Assembly (NCBI GenBank): GCA_964016885.1
Contig: OZ024745.1
Coordinates: forward strand, 22,506,001 to 22,570,000
Direction: 5' to 3'
Origin: Eledone cirrhosa
Lineage: Eukaryota
Length of the DNA: 64,000 nucleotides
A program made the translations under genes and the position numbers. Shown piece by piece: positions 39,961 to 53,604 of the stretch. The notes beneath the pieces were generated by a model that was not told the DNA's origin, did not search any database, and saw only the letters and a program-made list of their open reading frames with translations. Within the stretch, counting starts at the first letter, position 1; each line of letters opens with the position of its first letter.

Positions 39961-41757
39961 TTACCTCTCTGCGTCCCGGGTATCGGGCTGCACAATTTCC
40001 ATTAGGGTGGGGGATGGGTTGTTGGGTGGGGTGGTGGTTTGTGGAGGTGTAGGGGAATCAGTGTGTTGTGTGGTTGGGGAGTTTGGAGTTGTGTGGGTGT
40101 TTGGGGAGGGGGTGGGGTAATTTTTTAGGAGGACGCGGTTAATGGGCCCGACGCAGGGGGGACCCACGTCCTCTTTAAAGTTGTTTTTTAAAGTTTTATA
40201 GGTGTCCTGTGGGGCCTTAATCATTTTGAGGTGGGGGAAATCCCCTGCCTGGGTGAAGTTAGGCCCTTGGGTTTTTATTAGATTGTTGTTGTACACAATG
40301 TTTAACAGTTTTTTGTTTCTTGTGTTTATGTATGTGTATGCATGTTTTTGTTTTTGTGTGGTGTTTTTTGTTTGCTGTTGTTGTGAGCTCTTTTGTGTTG
40401 GTGTTAGTGTTATGTTTTGGGGAGGGGTTGTTTTCATTTGTGTGTCTGAGGTGTGTTTTCTTTTTTTTCTTTTGATTGTGTGGAAGTGCTCCTCCTCGTC
40501 TGACGACGAACTAGGGTCGTCTTCCGCGTTGGAGGGGAGGGGTATATTTTCGGGTTGTGTTTGCGGTGCGGGTGTTTTGGAAATTGTTTCTGTTTTTTGA
40601 GTGGGGGGAATGGGTTGGACATTGTTTTGTTTTGGTTTGAGCTGTGGTGGTTGTTTTTGTAGTGGTAGTTGTGGTGATTGTGTTGGTTGTGCAGTTGTTG
40701 GTGGTGTAGGCAGGATTGGGGTTTTCTTATTGAGTTGGGGACAGACAGCCCTCAGGTGACCTCTGGTTCCGCAGAGGTAACACGAGGGCCGCCTACCCTC
40801 AACGGTAATGTTGATGAAAGTTTGATCATCCAGTATGACGCGTTCAAGGATCTGGGCGATCCTTTCGGGCCTCATTTGAACTACAAGTTCGAGGCTCGTT
40901 CCACTGAACGCGTCACCCGATGCCTTTCCCATGGACACCAGCGTGTCATCATCCAGGTCCAGGAAACCTGTCAAAACCCACCATAAGTCCATAATCGGCA
41001 GGATGGTGTTGATTTTTATTTTTTGTGTTCTTCTACCCATGTACGTAGGGTAGAAGGTGTATGCGGTGGATGTGATTGGTTCGATGGACAGTTTCACTGC
41101 TGTGTCCCTGTCCTTCATGAGAATGGATAGACTCCCGTAGAGTCTATCCTTCTGAATGAAGGTGATGTCCTTCATGACGTCTTTTAAAACCAGCTCTATC
41201 TCACTCTGTGATGGTTGAGCTGGTTTTTTGCTTTTATTCGAGATTGTCCTAAACATGACAGTGTTTAGGAGTCTCTGGCTTATTAGTTCCGGGGGGGAAT
41301 GGATCGTGAATGAACCATTTTCCCCGTACACTATATATTTTTTGGCATCTGCCTGTAACTCCTTCGCTTTGGTTATATCTACTGGTAGATAGTCGAGGGT
41401 TTTCCTTGCCGTCTCGGCGAAGGAGAAATTTCTTTTGTTTGTGTTGCTGTTGTAGTTGGTGGTGTTGTTGTTATCGTTGTTGTTGTTATCACAGTTATTG
41501 GTCTTGTTGTTGTTGTTATTGTTATTGGTGTTGTTTTCGTCCGTCGCATTGTTGTTGTTGTTGTTGCTGTTGCTGGTGCCGCTGGTTCTTTGGTTTGTTG
41601 CCATGGCAACGTCAAGTTGTCGGTCAACAGGTGGAGAAAATCCTTCCTCTGGCTGACCTTTCTTTTTGACCTCTGCTACTGTGACAGTGGCAGGGGGAAG
41701 CTGTAAGCTTATCTTCCCCTTTCCTCCTTCGAATTTTGGTGAAGATGCTTCAGCCAT
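39961..41757 (-). CDS. LINE ORF1p (Gag-like nucleic-acid-binding protein with zinc knuckle)
   Basis: Uninterrupted ~598-aa frame from MAEASS; CYLCGTRGHLRAVC CCHC knuckle; poly-Asn and Pro/Thr/Gln-rich regions; lies upstream of ORF2. Confidence 0.85.
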   Translation of the reverse strand: MAEASSPKFEGGKGKISLQLPPATVTVAEVKKKGQPEEGFSPPVDRQLDVAMATNQRTSGTSNSNNNNNNATDENNTNNNNNNNKTNNCDNNNNDNNNTTNYNSNTNKRNFSFAETARKTLDYLPVDITKAKELQADAKKYIVYGENGSFTIHSPPELISQRLLNTVMFRTISNKSKKPAQPSQSEIELVLKDVMKDITFIQKDRLYGSLSILMKDRDTAVKLSIEPITSTAYTFYPTYMGRRTQKIKINTILPIMDLWWVLTGFLDLDDDTLVSMGKASGDAFSGTSLELVVQMRPERIAQILERVILDDQTFINITVEGRRPSCYLCGTRGHLRAVCPQLNKKTPILPTPPTTAQPTQSPQLPLQKQPPQLKPKQNNVQPIPPTQKTETISKTPAPQTQPENIPLPSNAEDDPSSSSDEEEHFHTIKRKKRKHTSDTQMKTTPPQNITLTPTQKSSQQQQTKNTTQKQKHAYTYINTRNKKLLNIVYNNNLIKTQGPNFTQAGDFPHLKMIKAPQDTYKTLKNNFKEDVGPPCVGPINRVLLKNYPTPSPNTHTTPNSPTTQHTDSPTPPQTTTPPNNPSPTLMEIVQPDTRDAER

Positions 41758-42037
41758 TTTTATCAAAATAGTATTTTTCGAAATTTTTCGAAAGATTAAA
41801 TTTTTACAACACTATTTCGCCTAAAGGCGTAGAATATTTTGAGAGACTGACCAGATCAAAGTTTGACCTAGCAGTCTCTCTACAAAATGGTACAATAGTA
41901 GATAGATGGATAGATGGATAGATGGATAGATACATAGCTGGATAGATAGATGGATAGACGGACAATGATAGAAAATAATTTAAACCTATCAAAGTCACAT
42001 CCAATTTGAATCGATGTAAGTTTTGTGATAACTAGAT

Positions 42038-42080
<43 letters not shown>

Positions 42081-42082
42081 CA

Positions 42083-42297
<215 letters not shown>

Positions 42298-42520
42298 GCA
42301 TACTGTATATATGTATATATGGATATATGTATATATTTATATATGTATATGTGTATATAAGTATATACATATACATATATACATGTATACATATATATAT
42401 ATATGTGTGTGTGTATATATATATGTATATATATATATACATATATATATACATATATATATATTTATATTTATATATATGTATATATGTATATATTTAT
42501 ATATGTATATATATATATAT

Positions 42521-42609
<89 letters not shown>

Positions 42610-43053
42610 GTGTGTGTGTCATCTTGCATTAATTCATTAATTTACCATTTCCTTCCTTGGCGTATTTCTTCAGTCTTCACATCTCTCTCAGCAAACATTC
42701 AAACATTCAAACATTCATTTCTTTATCCCTATTTCCTCTATTTTCCCCTCTACCAAATCCTTTCTTCTGCTCTCCTTCACATTCTTATCTCTTCGACACA
42801 TCCTCTTTTCACTTTGCATTTATTTCCTTCTTATTCATCCAATCTTCCTTCTTTTCCATTCTTCCTTATTTTCTTTCCTCTTTTATATATTCTTATATAG
42901 TATTATAATTTCTTTCTTTTTTTCTCTTTCTTTCCCCATTTATCTTCTATTGTTTTTCGCACACTTCCGGTCCTCCACCCCGACCCCTAATCATTCCATT
43001 TAGTTTTTTATAGTCCCTTTTTTCTCTTTTATATTTTCTTCATTTTTTAATTA

Positions 43054-43130
<77 letters not shown>

Positions 43131-43225
43131 TATATACACACACACATATATATATATATATATACATATATATACATATATATATATACATATATATATA
43201 TATACATATATATACATATATATAC

Positions 43226-43329
<104 letters not shown>

Positions 43330-43341
43330 ATGTATATATAT

Positions 43342-43376
<35 letters not shown>

Positions 43377-43427
43377 GCATATATATATACATATATATAT
43401 ATGTGCGTATGTATATATATATGTGCG

Positions 43428-43601
<174 letters not shown>

Positions 43602-45187
43602 GCTTTACTTGTTTTCATATTTTCGAAGTTGTTTATTTCTCCACTATTTCATTTATCTCTGCATTTTTATTGTTAACTCTTATTTCGTTCTTTATTTTCT
43701 TTCTCTTCCCACCACTCTTTTGCTTTTCTTGTATCCTTCCTTCCTTCCTTCCTTTTTCTCCTTCCTTCCTGCCATCTTAGATTTTAATCTATTCACTTGA
43801 AGGCGACTTCAATAAATGACCGAATTTAAACACATCACTGACGTCATAGAAATATGGGTCTCCCCCCTCCTCTCTCTCTCTATCTATCTATCTACCTATC
43901 TATATTCCTTCCTCTTTCTCTCTCTCTCTATCTATCCATCTAACCCCCCCCCTCTTTCTCTCTATCTATATATCTATATTCCCCCTCTCACTCTCTCTTT
44001 ATCTATATCTCCCCTCCCCGCTCTCTCTCTTTCTCTCTCAAAGTTACTTCAGCCAAGCAACTCCATCACAATGAGGAAAGCAACAACCTCAGACTTTTAA
44101 CGATTGCACTACGTACGAGAATCGGAAGAGTTGCTGACTGAATCACGGACTTAACAAACTATATACAATATATAAGATAAAGAAAATATACCACAAGTAT
44201 TGAATACTTATTTTCTTGTTTTCTCAATAAGAAAGTTTCATTTTATTTGTTAGTTTGTCCATTCAAATCTTCTTTTCGATGAAAGAAGGGAAAACATTAC
44301 TGCTATGTTTACCTCTTTGTATTTTTCTTTTTTTTTTACTTTTCCTTTTAGTTAAACAAAGCTGAAATAAAAAATGGAAAATGAAGATATCAAAAATCAT
44401 CGGTTTTAACTACGGTTGAATATTTCGACCTTATTTCATCTTGTCAGGTAAGTGCAAATATCTTAGATATATTTCTTTTTTTAAGTAAAATCACAACTTT
44501 TTAATTTAAAGAGAAGAGAAAATGGTTTAAAGTCATAAAGAGAAAGCAGAACAGTAAATTTGCAATTATTGAGAGGTGAACAGTTATCAACTTATTTATA
44601 GGTTTCGTTTTCATATGAAAAATGGTGAGGAGGGAGAATGAAGATTGCGTTCTATAGAAAGAAGGTCGGGCATCGAATAATTAAGAAACCTTCATTTAAA
44701 TATGTTAGGCGATTCCGATGATTTGGTGATTTGGAACTCCATTGAGCAGATTCAATAAAGTTGGAATGTACATCAGTAGTGTAAAAGTAAAAAGAAACCA
44801 AAAAATGCGGGATTGTATGAAAAAGCAGAAAGATATTGTCTTCCATAGTCGAAGATCTGCCACAACGATAAAATGCATTCCTCTTTCTTTCCTTATTTTC
44901 TAAGACAGCTTGAACACTCAAAATACACAGACAGGTGCCCCCCCCCCCCCCCCCCCAAACAAAAAAGTGTTCCTGCTTTCTTCCCTTTCTTACTAACGTC
45001 TACCTTTCTATTTATTCTGTATTCTCTTGTTCGATCTTCCAATGAAAGACTAACGCCCGAAATGTTAAGACTCTTTTCCTATATGAAGCGTTAAACTGAT
45101 ATATATCATCATTGTACTGTTCTCTCGTGTCGTTTTTCTGTGTTTCTTTGTTGATTTTGCTCATGTCTATGTATGTATCTATGTGTA

Positions 45188-45330
<143 letters not shown>

Positions 45331-46821
45331 TGTTTGTCTGCGTGTCTGTGTGTGTGTGTGTATTGTGTGTTTGTGAGTCTGTGTGTGCATGCTGAACTGA
45401 TATTAAGCTTCATTTCCTAAGATACCACGTCAGCGAAATATCTCCGAAAAAAACAAAACGAAACGGAAGTTATGGAAACAAACGGATGTGATCAGACATT
45501 GAGAGATAAGGGACAGTGGTGAGGGTGGGGTTGAGGTATCAGAACTAGAAGGGATAGCAATATGGCGAGAGTATGCGAAGACAGCAAAAAATATAGGGAT
45601 TGAGAGATAGAGAGATGGGAGAGGGGAAGAAGTGTGGTGGGAGAGTGAGGTAGGAGAGGGGAGAGGGGTTTTATGTTTTGAAAGGGAAAGATGAAAAGTA
45701 AACTTGATGATGTTCTACGATAGAATACAATTTTCCGTGCTGCGCATGTGTTTGTAATTCTCGATGGCGGTTTGGGGGATGGTTTGAAAGAGACATAAAA
45801 GCGTTGAAGGTAGCCATAGTGTTTGTTAGTAGGGCTGGACCCTATGCTCTGTCTGATTGACAAGAGGTTAGGAGATACTTGTCGTGTGGCAGGGAGCAAA
45901 CACTGATATCCGGTTAGCGGGGTGCAATGCATGCACGGTGGCGGTGAATCATTTGATGACGAAGTTGATGATTGCGATGCTGCAGTTGGTGATGTTGATG
46001 ATTAGGATGATTGTGATTGTTATGACAGTGGTAATGGTGGTGGTGACGGTTATTCTTGTCGTTTAGCCCTAGGTCGAGGTCAAGCCTGATTAAGCTGACC
46101 TATACGCTCAGTAATATTTCTGTCTTGTTTTCTGGTATATTACATCTAGGACTACATTCCCTAAAGTGTTGTATTTCATTTATGACAGTATACTGTGGTT
46201 TGAGAGGAGTTTGGCTGCTTTTTCTATTAAATGATACATGGTGATGGTGACGAGAATGGTATTGGTAATGGCCGTGGTACTGTTTACAGGTGATGTTAGT
46301 AATGATGCTAGTGATGGAGATAACGGGTTATGGGGTTGAGTAGAACTACACTATGCTGGCCTTGTGCCTTAATCAGAAATTATTAGTAATAAAATGACTA
46401 AATCAACGTTTCCAGACTGTAATCACCTCATTTTTAGGATAAAGTGATGCTAGTGTGAGTTGTTATCGCTTACAAGTATGTGATTGGTGTACACATTATC
46501 GCCAGAATTTGAGTTTTGGGTCGTTAGATTTAAACGCCATCTCCTCGTCCTGGAAATGTTGATTGTTGAAGTTTTCTATTCGAAATAAATTGCGTGGAAA
46601 ACAGTGTAGGCGCATGGCCTTGTGATTAGGATGTGAGGCTGCATGATCATTAGGTCCTTGATGGTTTTCATCTCATGTTTGCCGCCGCAAGCTTGCCAAT
46701 AGCATTACGATTCTTCCTCACAAATATATATTTAGATATACAGAAGTGGAAAATATTTTCTTTCCAATTAAATGCAATTTAGAATTGTATAATCTAAAAA
46801 CTAGAATTTATAGCGTAGAAA

Positions 46822-47022
46822 TCGAGTATCAGCTGAAAGATTCATAGGCTGACCAGGATACTCTCTTGGAATAACCAAATGAGGTTTATTTTTCTACATA
46901 GTCCCTGTAAAGAAACAATGTAGTTATTAATAAGAAAAGTTTGAATTAATGCATGCAAGATTCCACAGCTCTAGCATCACTCCTCCATAGTCAGCCTATG
47001 ACCTTTTCAGCCAACCCTCGTA
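46822..47022. mobile_element. mariner-type MITE
   Basis: Right TIR GTCAGCCTATGACCTTTTCAGCCAACCCTCG+TA; decayed left TIR CAGCTGAAAGATTCATAGGCTGAC; similar end at about 35850-35880. Confidence 0.65.
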
Positions 47023-47766
47023 TATACTGAAGAGTAAATAATACTGTATATAACATAGATAATGTATAGTGTGTATAAAGCGTATACTATATCTTATATG
47101 GCCTTACAACACAAGTGGGGTAACTGTGGCCCTCTAGATTTTAGATTAAAAAATACATTTTCTTTGTTACGGAACATTATATTGATCTAAATATTCTTAA
47201 ATTCTTAAAAAAAAAGGTCACGAAAAGGTCAATTCACATTTTTATTTCATACTCTAATATTCATAATTAAATTTTCAAAATAAATGTAATTATATTTTCT
47301 CGTATAGTTAATAAAATGTATTTAATGCGGACTTATTAGATTTACACTTAATTCAATGCAACATTCAAAGTTGGGAAAAGGTTTTCGCTCCTCTTGTTTA
47401 GTGTACAATATAAAGTTAGTATACTAAAACGTGTAGGAAATATGGGAAGGTCTTTAGAAGAGTATGGTATATATTATAGTATGCAGCGGTACGTTGGAAC
47501 AGTGGTGCATTAGCAGTGTTCTGTTTCCAGAAAATATTGATATATTTTTAAACCATGAAATCCCAATACAGGATCGGAACAAACCACACTGATCCCGGTT
47601 TTTTCTCATCACGAAAATATTCTATATAAGACAAGGTGTTTGCATCTGTTTATTTATCTGTCTGTCTGACTGATTCTTTCTCAGGTATGCGTATATGAGT
47701 GTTTAGGAAATTTTGGATGAGTAAATGTATTTGCACATAATTATATTATAATGAATAAATGAATAC

Positions 47767-47960
<194 letters not shown>

Positions 47961-48029
47961 GAAGTTGGAAATAGCACGGGAGATATATTTAAGGGTCTGG
48001 TTTTCTTTTTTATACGTCAAAGTGACATT

Positions 48030-48210
48030 GTGAATTGGCAGTATCAGTAGAGGGTTGGACGCCATGCTTTCTAGCATAGTTACGTCCCTTTACGGTTTGA
48101 GTTCAAATCCCGTCGAGGTTAACTTTGCCTTTCATCCTTACGGGGTCGATAAAATAAAGTACCAGTAGTGTACTGTGTAATTGCTGGCCTTGTGCCAAAA
48201 GTAGAAACAA
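48030..48210 (+). mobile_element. SINE family A copy
   Basis: Similar to 9004-9190. Confidence 0.85.
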
Positions 48211-48214
48211 TTAT

Positions 48215-48445
48215 TAAAAAGATAATGTTATTAAAAAAAGAGAGGGACAATTCTTTTTTTTTTAAATGTTTATGAAGTATATAAAGTATATAAAGTATGA
48301 GAAAATTACCGGTTTCGATGTATTAAGATCCATCTTGTCAAATTCAGAAAAAAAAAAAGATTAATTAAAAAGAGTTGGCAGGAGTAAAGAAAGGTTAAAA
48401 ATTAAAATCAAAATCGAATGTTTGAGTAAAATTTCTTCCATCTAT
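48215..48445 (-). mobile_element. Short element with a variant hammerhead core (second copy at 63340-63590, plus)
   Basis: Reverse strand aat-TTGACAA-GATG-gatcttaata-CATC-GAAAC-CG-GTA-att (48304-48344); shared flanks with 63340-63590. Confidence 0.55.
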
Positions 48446-48547
48446 ATATATATATATATATATATAATTGGTGTTGTATGCTTAAAGCCTCCGTATGCGG
48501 TAGGCCGTATGAGCACTCGATGCCCTCGTAGAGCAGAGTATGATATC

Positions 48548-48632
<85 letters not shown>

Positions 48633-48880
48633 AGAGAGAGAGAGACAAATATAAACGGAGTCATAGAATAGACTTGCGTAATTCCCTGAAAATTATGTGC
48701 TCAAAGGAAAAGGAATCCAAAATACAATATGTAGAAAGGATAACACACTAGAAAGAGAGATAGTGTGTGCGATCATTAAACAGTGTATGGAATCTATAAA
48801 CTACGGAAGGTAAGGTAGACACATAATTAAAAATATAAATCACACCTCTATAATTATATATCACACGCGTAAAAATCCAA

Positions 48881-48926
<46 letters not shown>

Positions 48927-49297
48927 AGAAACATCGTCCTCAAGCAAGTGTTTTACAGAGTTGGTTAAACGTCTATCAATACATTAAGTAGTAGAAACTA
49001 AATACTCTATAAGACCAGGTGTTTATAACTGTCTTCATTTACAGTGTTGGTTAAACATCTATCGATACATTTACTAGTAGAAACAAGATATTCTATATGA
49101 GATAGGGTGGTTACAACTGTCTATATATACATACAGTGTTGGCTAAACATTGACACTGTTAATAAACACCAAATACTATTAACGTACCAGGGAGACTGAA
49201 CTATTAAGAATGAGTTATATATGCAAAATAATCTATCCAATATACTTTAGCTCTTAATAATTGTTTCTACTTTTGGCACAAGGCTAACTTTAGCTAT

Positions 49298-49446
49298 TAA
49301 ATAGCAGTATTGCCCGGCGTTGCACGGGATTTGCTCTAGGGTTCTTATATATTTGATATATATTTATCTTTATTGCGCCTCGTGAAATAAATACGTTTGT
49401 TTATATTTTGTTATTGTGTATGCAAAAATATGTCTACACAAATATA

Positions 49447-49482
<36 letters not shown>

Positions 49483-49508
49483 AAAGGTATATTTTTCTTT
49501 TATATTCA

Positions 49509-49579
<71 letters not shown>

Positions 49580-49703
49580 TAACAGATTTAAAGTTTAAAC
49601 AAAGAATCGCTGCTTTCACCCTTAACGGGATCTTCTGAAACTAAAAAAAAGCAATCTGTGAACGCAGAAGTAAATATTTCGAAAAACGTTACACACACAC
49701 ACA

Positions 49704-49777
<74 letters not shown>

Positions 49778-50073
49778 TATATATATACATATATATACAC
49801 ACACACACACACACATATATATATAGCGTCATAATGTCGTAATGCAGAATGTCGGACATACAGACAGATATTATAAGGGCGCAACGTTATATCTATGTAT
49901 CTATCTAAAAGGAAAGACTAAGAATTATAGAGAGAGATCACTAAATTGCCTAATGCGGTCCCTAGGGCATTGAACATTTGAAATTCCTTTTGCTCAAAAC
50001 ACTCATAGGACCATAAGTGTTACATGTGTAAAGTTTGAAAACAATCGGTTGGGTGGTTCTTGAGTTTTAAGGG

Positions 50074-50113
<40 letters not shown>

Positions 50114-50136
50114 TTCTCTGTTTTAGATATATAGAT
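49298..50136 (-). mobile_element. Non-autonomous Helitron-like element with nested repeats
   Basis: Minus strand begins ATCTATATA, has (CTGT)n, and ends with the hairpin CCCGTGCAACGCCGGG followed by CTAT (near CTRR). Confidence 0.55.
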
Positions 50137-50141
50137 AATAA

Positions 50142-50323
50142 TTGTTTCTACTTTTTGGCACAAGGCCAGCAATTATCCTAGTGTATTACTGGTACTTTAT
50201 TTTATCGACCCCGTAAGGATGAAGGCAAAGTTAACCTCGGAGGGATTTGAACTCAGTTCGTAAAGGGACGTAACTGTGCTACAAAGCATGGCGTCCGACC
50301 CTCTACCGATGCTGCCAATCCAC
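50142..50323 (-). mobile_element. SINE family A copy
   Basis: Reverse complement of family A. Confidence 0.85.
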
Positions 50324-50689
50324 AGATAATAATGTTTGTATAAGCAATATGTCTGTGGTCATTTAAGGAGGGTCAGACGGTATCTTGCGGTATCTTGTCC
50401 GGCTCTAGTCATTCGAAGTTCTTGGGTGGTAGATTTAAGCAATCATCTAGTTTAATAACACCATCTGATATTTGGCTGCTTTTAACGGAGATTTCAGACC
50501 AGGTTTCCGGCTTGGGAACAACTTACTTCATTCTTCTCACCAGTCTCGGAAACTCTAGTAGAAATAAAGAGCCATGAGGCTAGCCTTTCGCTCCAAGACT
50601 AAACAGTTTAATCTTCATCTTTAGATTTAAACACCATGTCTTCATCTTGATGATCGGACAACAAGTACGGAAACGTTGATTGTTCTTTT

Positions 50690-50880
50690 TCTTCTTCGCT
50701 CAATTACTCCTGGTAGAGTTGTGTGGTCAAAGTCCTCATGAATAACATCCAGCGGGTCCTATTAAAAGCAACCGTGTCCAATTGTTCCAGCTGGAACGTC
50801 AGGCGAGATCAGCCGAGCTCATGGATGTTATCCAACCATCTTGCTCGGGGTCTACACACGGGTTTCCTGCGATTATTTTC
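50690..50880 (-). pseudogene. 3' fragment of an RTE-clade LINE ORF
   Basis: Translates RKPVCRPRARWLDNIHELG*SRL...VAFNRTRW, resembling the GRPR.RW.D ... A.NR..W motif. Confidence 0.6.
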
Positions 50881-51229
50881 TGAGACATGCGGTTAGAATC
50901 TAACCGCATGCCCGTAATATCAGAGCTGTGATCTATCATTCCAGAGAAGTAGCTGCTCTACCTGGAATGATTCTCTGATATCCGAGCTACGCACTCTATC
51001 GAGTAACGTTACTCCATAGACCAGTGGTTCTCAACCTTTTTTTGCCAACGACACACCTTGGAACACCTGAAAAAATAGCGGCACAGCTGGCTAAATTGTA
51101 TATGAAAAATATTTAAATTTTACAAAATAAAAACATTGCAAGTCATAGAGGGCATACAACCGTAGACACAGACTAGTTATAAACACATAGAATGACTCAA
51201 ACTAAATAAAGAAAAACACAGCTATGAAC

Positions 51230-53113
51230 TTACTTTATTGCAGTGTTTCGAATTTCATCAGTCAAATAGCTGGCTTCTTTATTGAAAAGTTGTGTCTGGC
51301 TTTTATTCATAATTTCCTCAATGTTTGGTCGAATATGAGACAGACGCACCCTCATTTCTTGTTCTGTTGTACGTAATCTCTCACGCTTCTTGTCTTTGAT
51401 GTTGTTTAATGTTGAGAAGCCTAATTCACATATATAAGAAGTTGAAAATTGTAATAAAATTGATAAAGCTCTTTTACATAATATGGGATACTCCTCTTGA
51501 ATTGAAATCCAAAATGAATCAATGGGCAGAGTCGAATGTTTTAATTTTAACCCTCGGTCACTAGAAAAGGTGGCCAATTCTTCTTCCTGTAACTCAAATT
51601 CAATGTTGGAAGAATTATTTATGAAAGGATCTCTAATCCAATCATACTTTTCTGTCTTTAATGACAGAAAGTAATTGTTGATGCTTTCGTCCAGGGCTGT
51701 CAGATGAGTAACCACAATAGGGATCATTTCTCTAATACAGGTAGAACGCAATAAAGGGAACATATCAAGATTGCCAGTGATTGCTTTTTTTTTTCCAAAT
51801 CACAATTTTCTTTTTGAGGGTAACTAACTTGTCTGTTGAAGTGAGAATATTTTCGTTTTTACCTTGCCTACTACTGTTTGTTTTATTTATTTCACTAAAT
51901 ATTTCTGTTAGGTATTCCATTTTAGACATCCAAAATTCGCAACTAAGGTATTCACAGAATTTCTCCTGCTTTTCCTGGAGAAAAAATGATAGTAATTCCT
52001 TGTGCAGTTCGGGAACACGATTTAGTACTTTGCCTTACGACAGCCAGCGAACCTCAGTGTGCATTAATAACTTAACATGCTGAGAGTCCATCTCTTTGCA
52101 CAATTGTTCAAATAATTGTGACTTCAATAGCCTACTACTTATATAATTGACCATTCCAATAACTTGATGTAACACAACCTTTAAATCTTCCTGCGATATT
52201 TTTTAAACAAGAACTTCGCTATGTAGAAAGCAATGAGTACGAATGAGATTTGGATTTTCTTTTTCTACGAGGGATACAAATCTTTAATACAGCCTGTCAT
52301 ACATGGGGCTCTATCGGTGCAAATGCCAACACAGGACTTCCAAGACAAATTCATTTCTTTGATGTAGCCTGTTATCAAATCAAAAATATCTTGACCTCTT
52401 GTAGTTGTGGACATTTCTTTACAGCACAAAAATTGATTGATTATTTCATTCTCGTCAACAAAATGTACAAATGCAAGCAATTGACTTTTGTTACTGATAT
52501 CAGTGGATTCATCCACGGTTAAAGCAAAATTAGAATTCTTAAGCTTTTTCTGAACATTGTCTTCGATATTTTTCGATATATCTAGGATTCTTCTACGTAT
52601 TCTATCATTTGAAAGCGGGATATTGTTCAATTCCTTCTCAGCCTTTTCCCCAAACATGGATTTTACCAAATTTTTGCAAGCTGGGAGGATGACTGACTCA
52701 GCAAGCGTGTGGGATTTAGATTTTAATGCTATTATTTCAGCCACCTGAATTGACGCTAGTTGGGCTCGTTCAGACATGGTCATTATTTTTTCAAAATAAC
52801 TTCGCTGTTTTGATTTCTGCTCTAACAGTCTTTGGAAGTAATCAAGCTTTTTATCTTTCAGAGATGAATGTTTTGAATTAAAATGTCTTTCTAACTTACT
52901 TGGTACCATGGATTCATTTGACATTGTTTCACCGCACACTACGCATGATGGACTTGGTTTGTCAACGTCACCAGACCAATAAAATCCAAATTTCAAATAA
53001 TTTCCACAATATTGTTGATTAATGTTTCTCTTTTTGACAATAGAGGTTGATAGTTGTTCGCCACTGGACTTAGACTCGTCAGTAATATCTTTCCTTTTCA
53101 AATATATATCCAT
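51230..53113 (-). pseudogene. Disrupted hAT transposase (ZBED5/SCAND3-like family)
   Basis: CVVC...LERHFNSKH BED-like finger, VDESTD, HCFLH, TEVRWLS and FSTSYICELGFS motifs; split by frameshifts and a stop. Confidence 0.9.
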
Positions 53114-53604
53114 TGTGAAGGGTCATGAAATATCAATATGACAGTTTTGGATAGGATTGTCTATATTGAGATGTCAGTGTCTTTCAGTCCCACAAATTAT
53201 TCTCTTTAGTGTACAAACACAGTAAAACAATAAAAATATGTCTTCTTACGTAAAATTGATGTTTTATGAGACCATTTCTGAAAATAATCAATTTTCGATG
53301 TATTACGCACGAAAATAGTCAATGTTTGAACAATGACAACACATCGTAAATCCGCTATTTTTGCTATGTTCCACACACCAGTAGACAGCTACAGACCTCT
53401 ACTATACCCTCATTAGCATAAGATGATGAAACACTGGAACTCTCCGGTGTATAAAGCCAGAAAATCGACTGATATTGAACAAGCAAGTGCACATCGAGCC
53501 TCCTTTTCGACAACACTCGGCGAATGGCGCCCGTTGATTGGTCCAGCACATCACGGACGACGCTTTCCCCATCACAAAGAAAACATGGCGGCCAAACTCA
53601 CTCT

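Larger units (their letters stand above)
36243..41898 (-). mobile_element. Near full-length Tx1/L1-clade non-LTR retrotransposon
   Basis: 5' UTR, ORF1, ORF2 (APE endonuclease-RT-CCHC) and a 3' UTR ending AATAAAAGAAAC; (GATA/GATG)n tracts on both flanks. Confidence 0.92.

Noticed and set aside
51230-53113. Domesticated ZBED5/SCAND3-like host gene
   Set aside because: Frameshifts and a stop, with TIRs and TSD present, indicate a dead transposon copy
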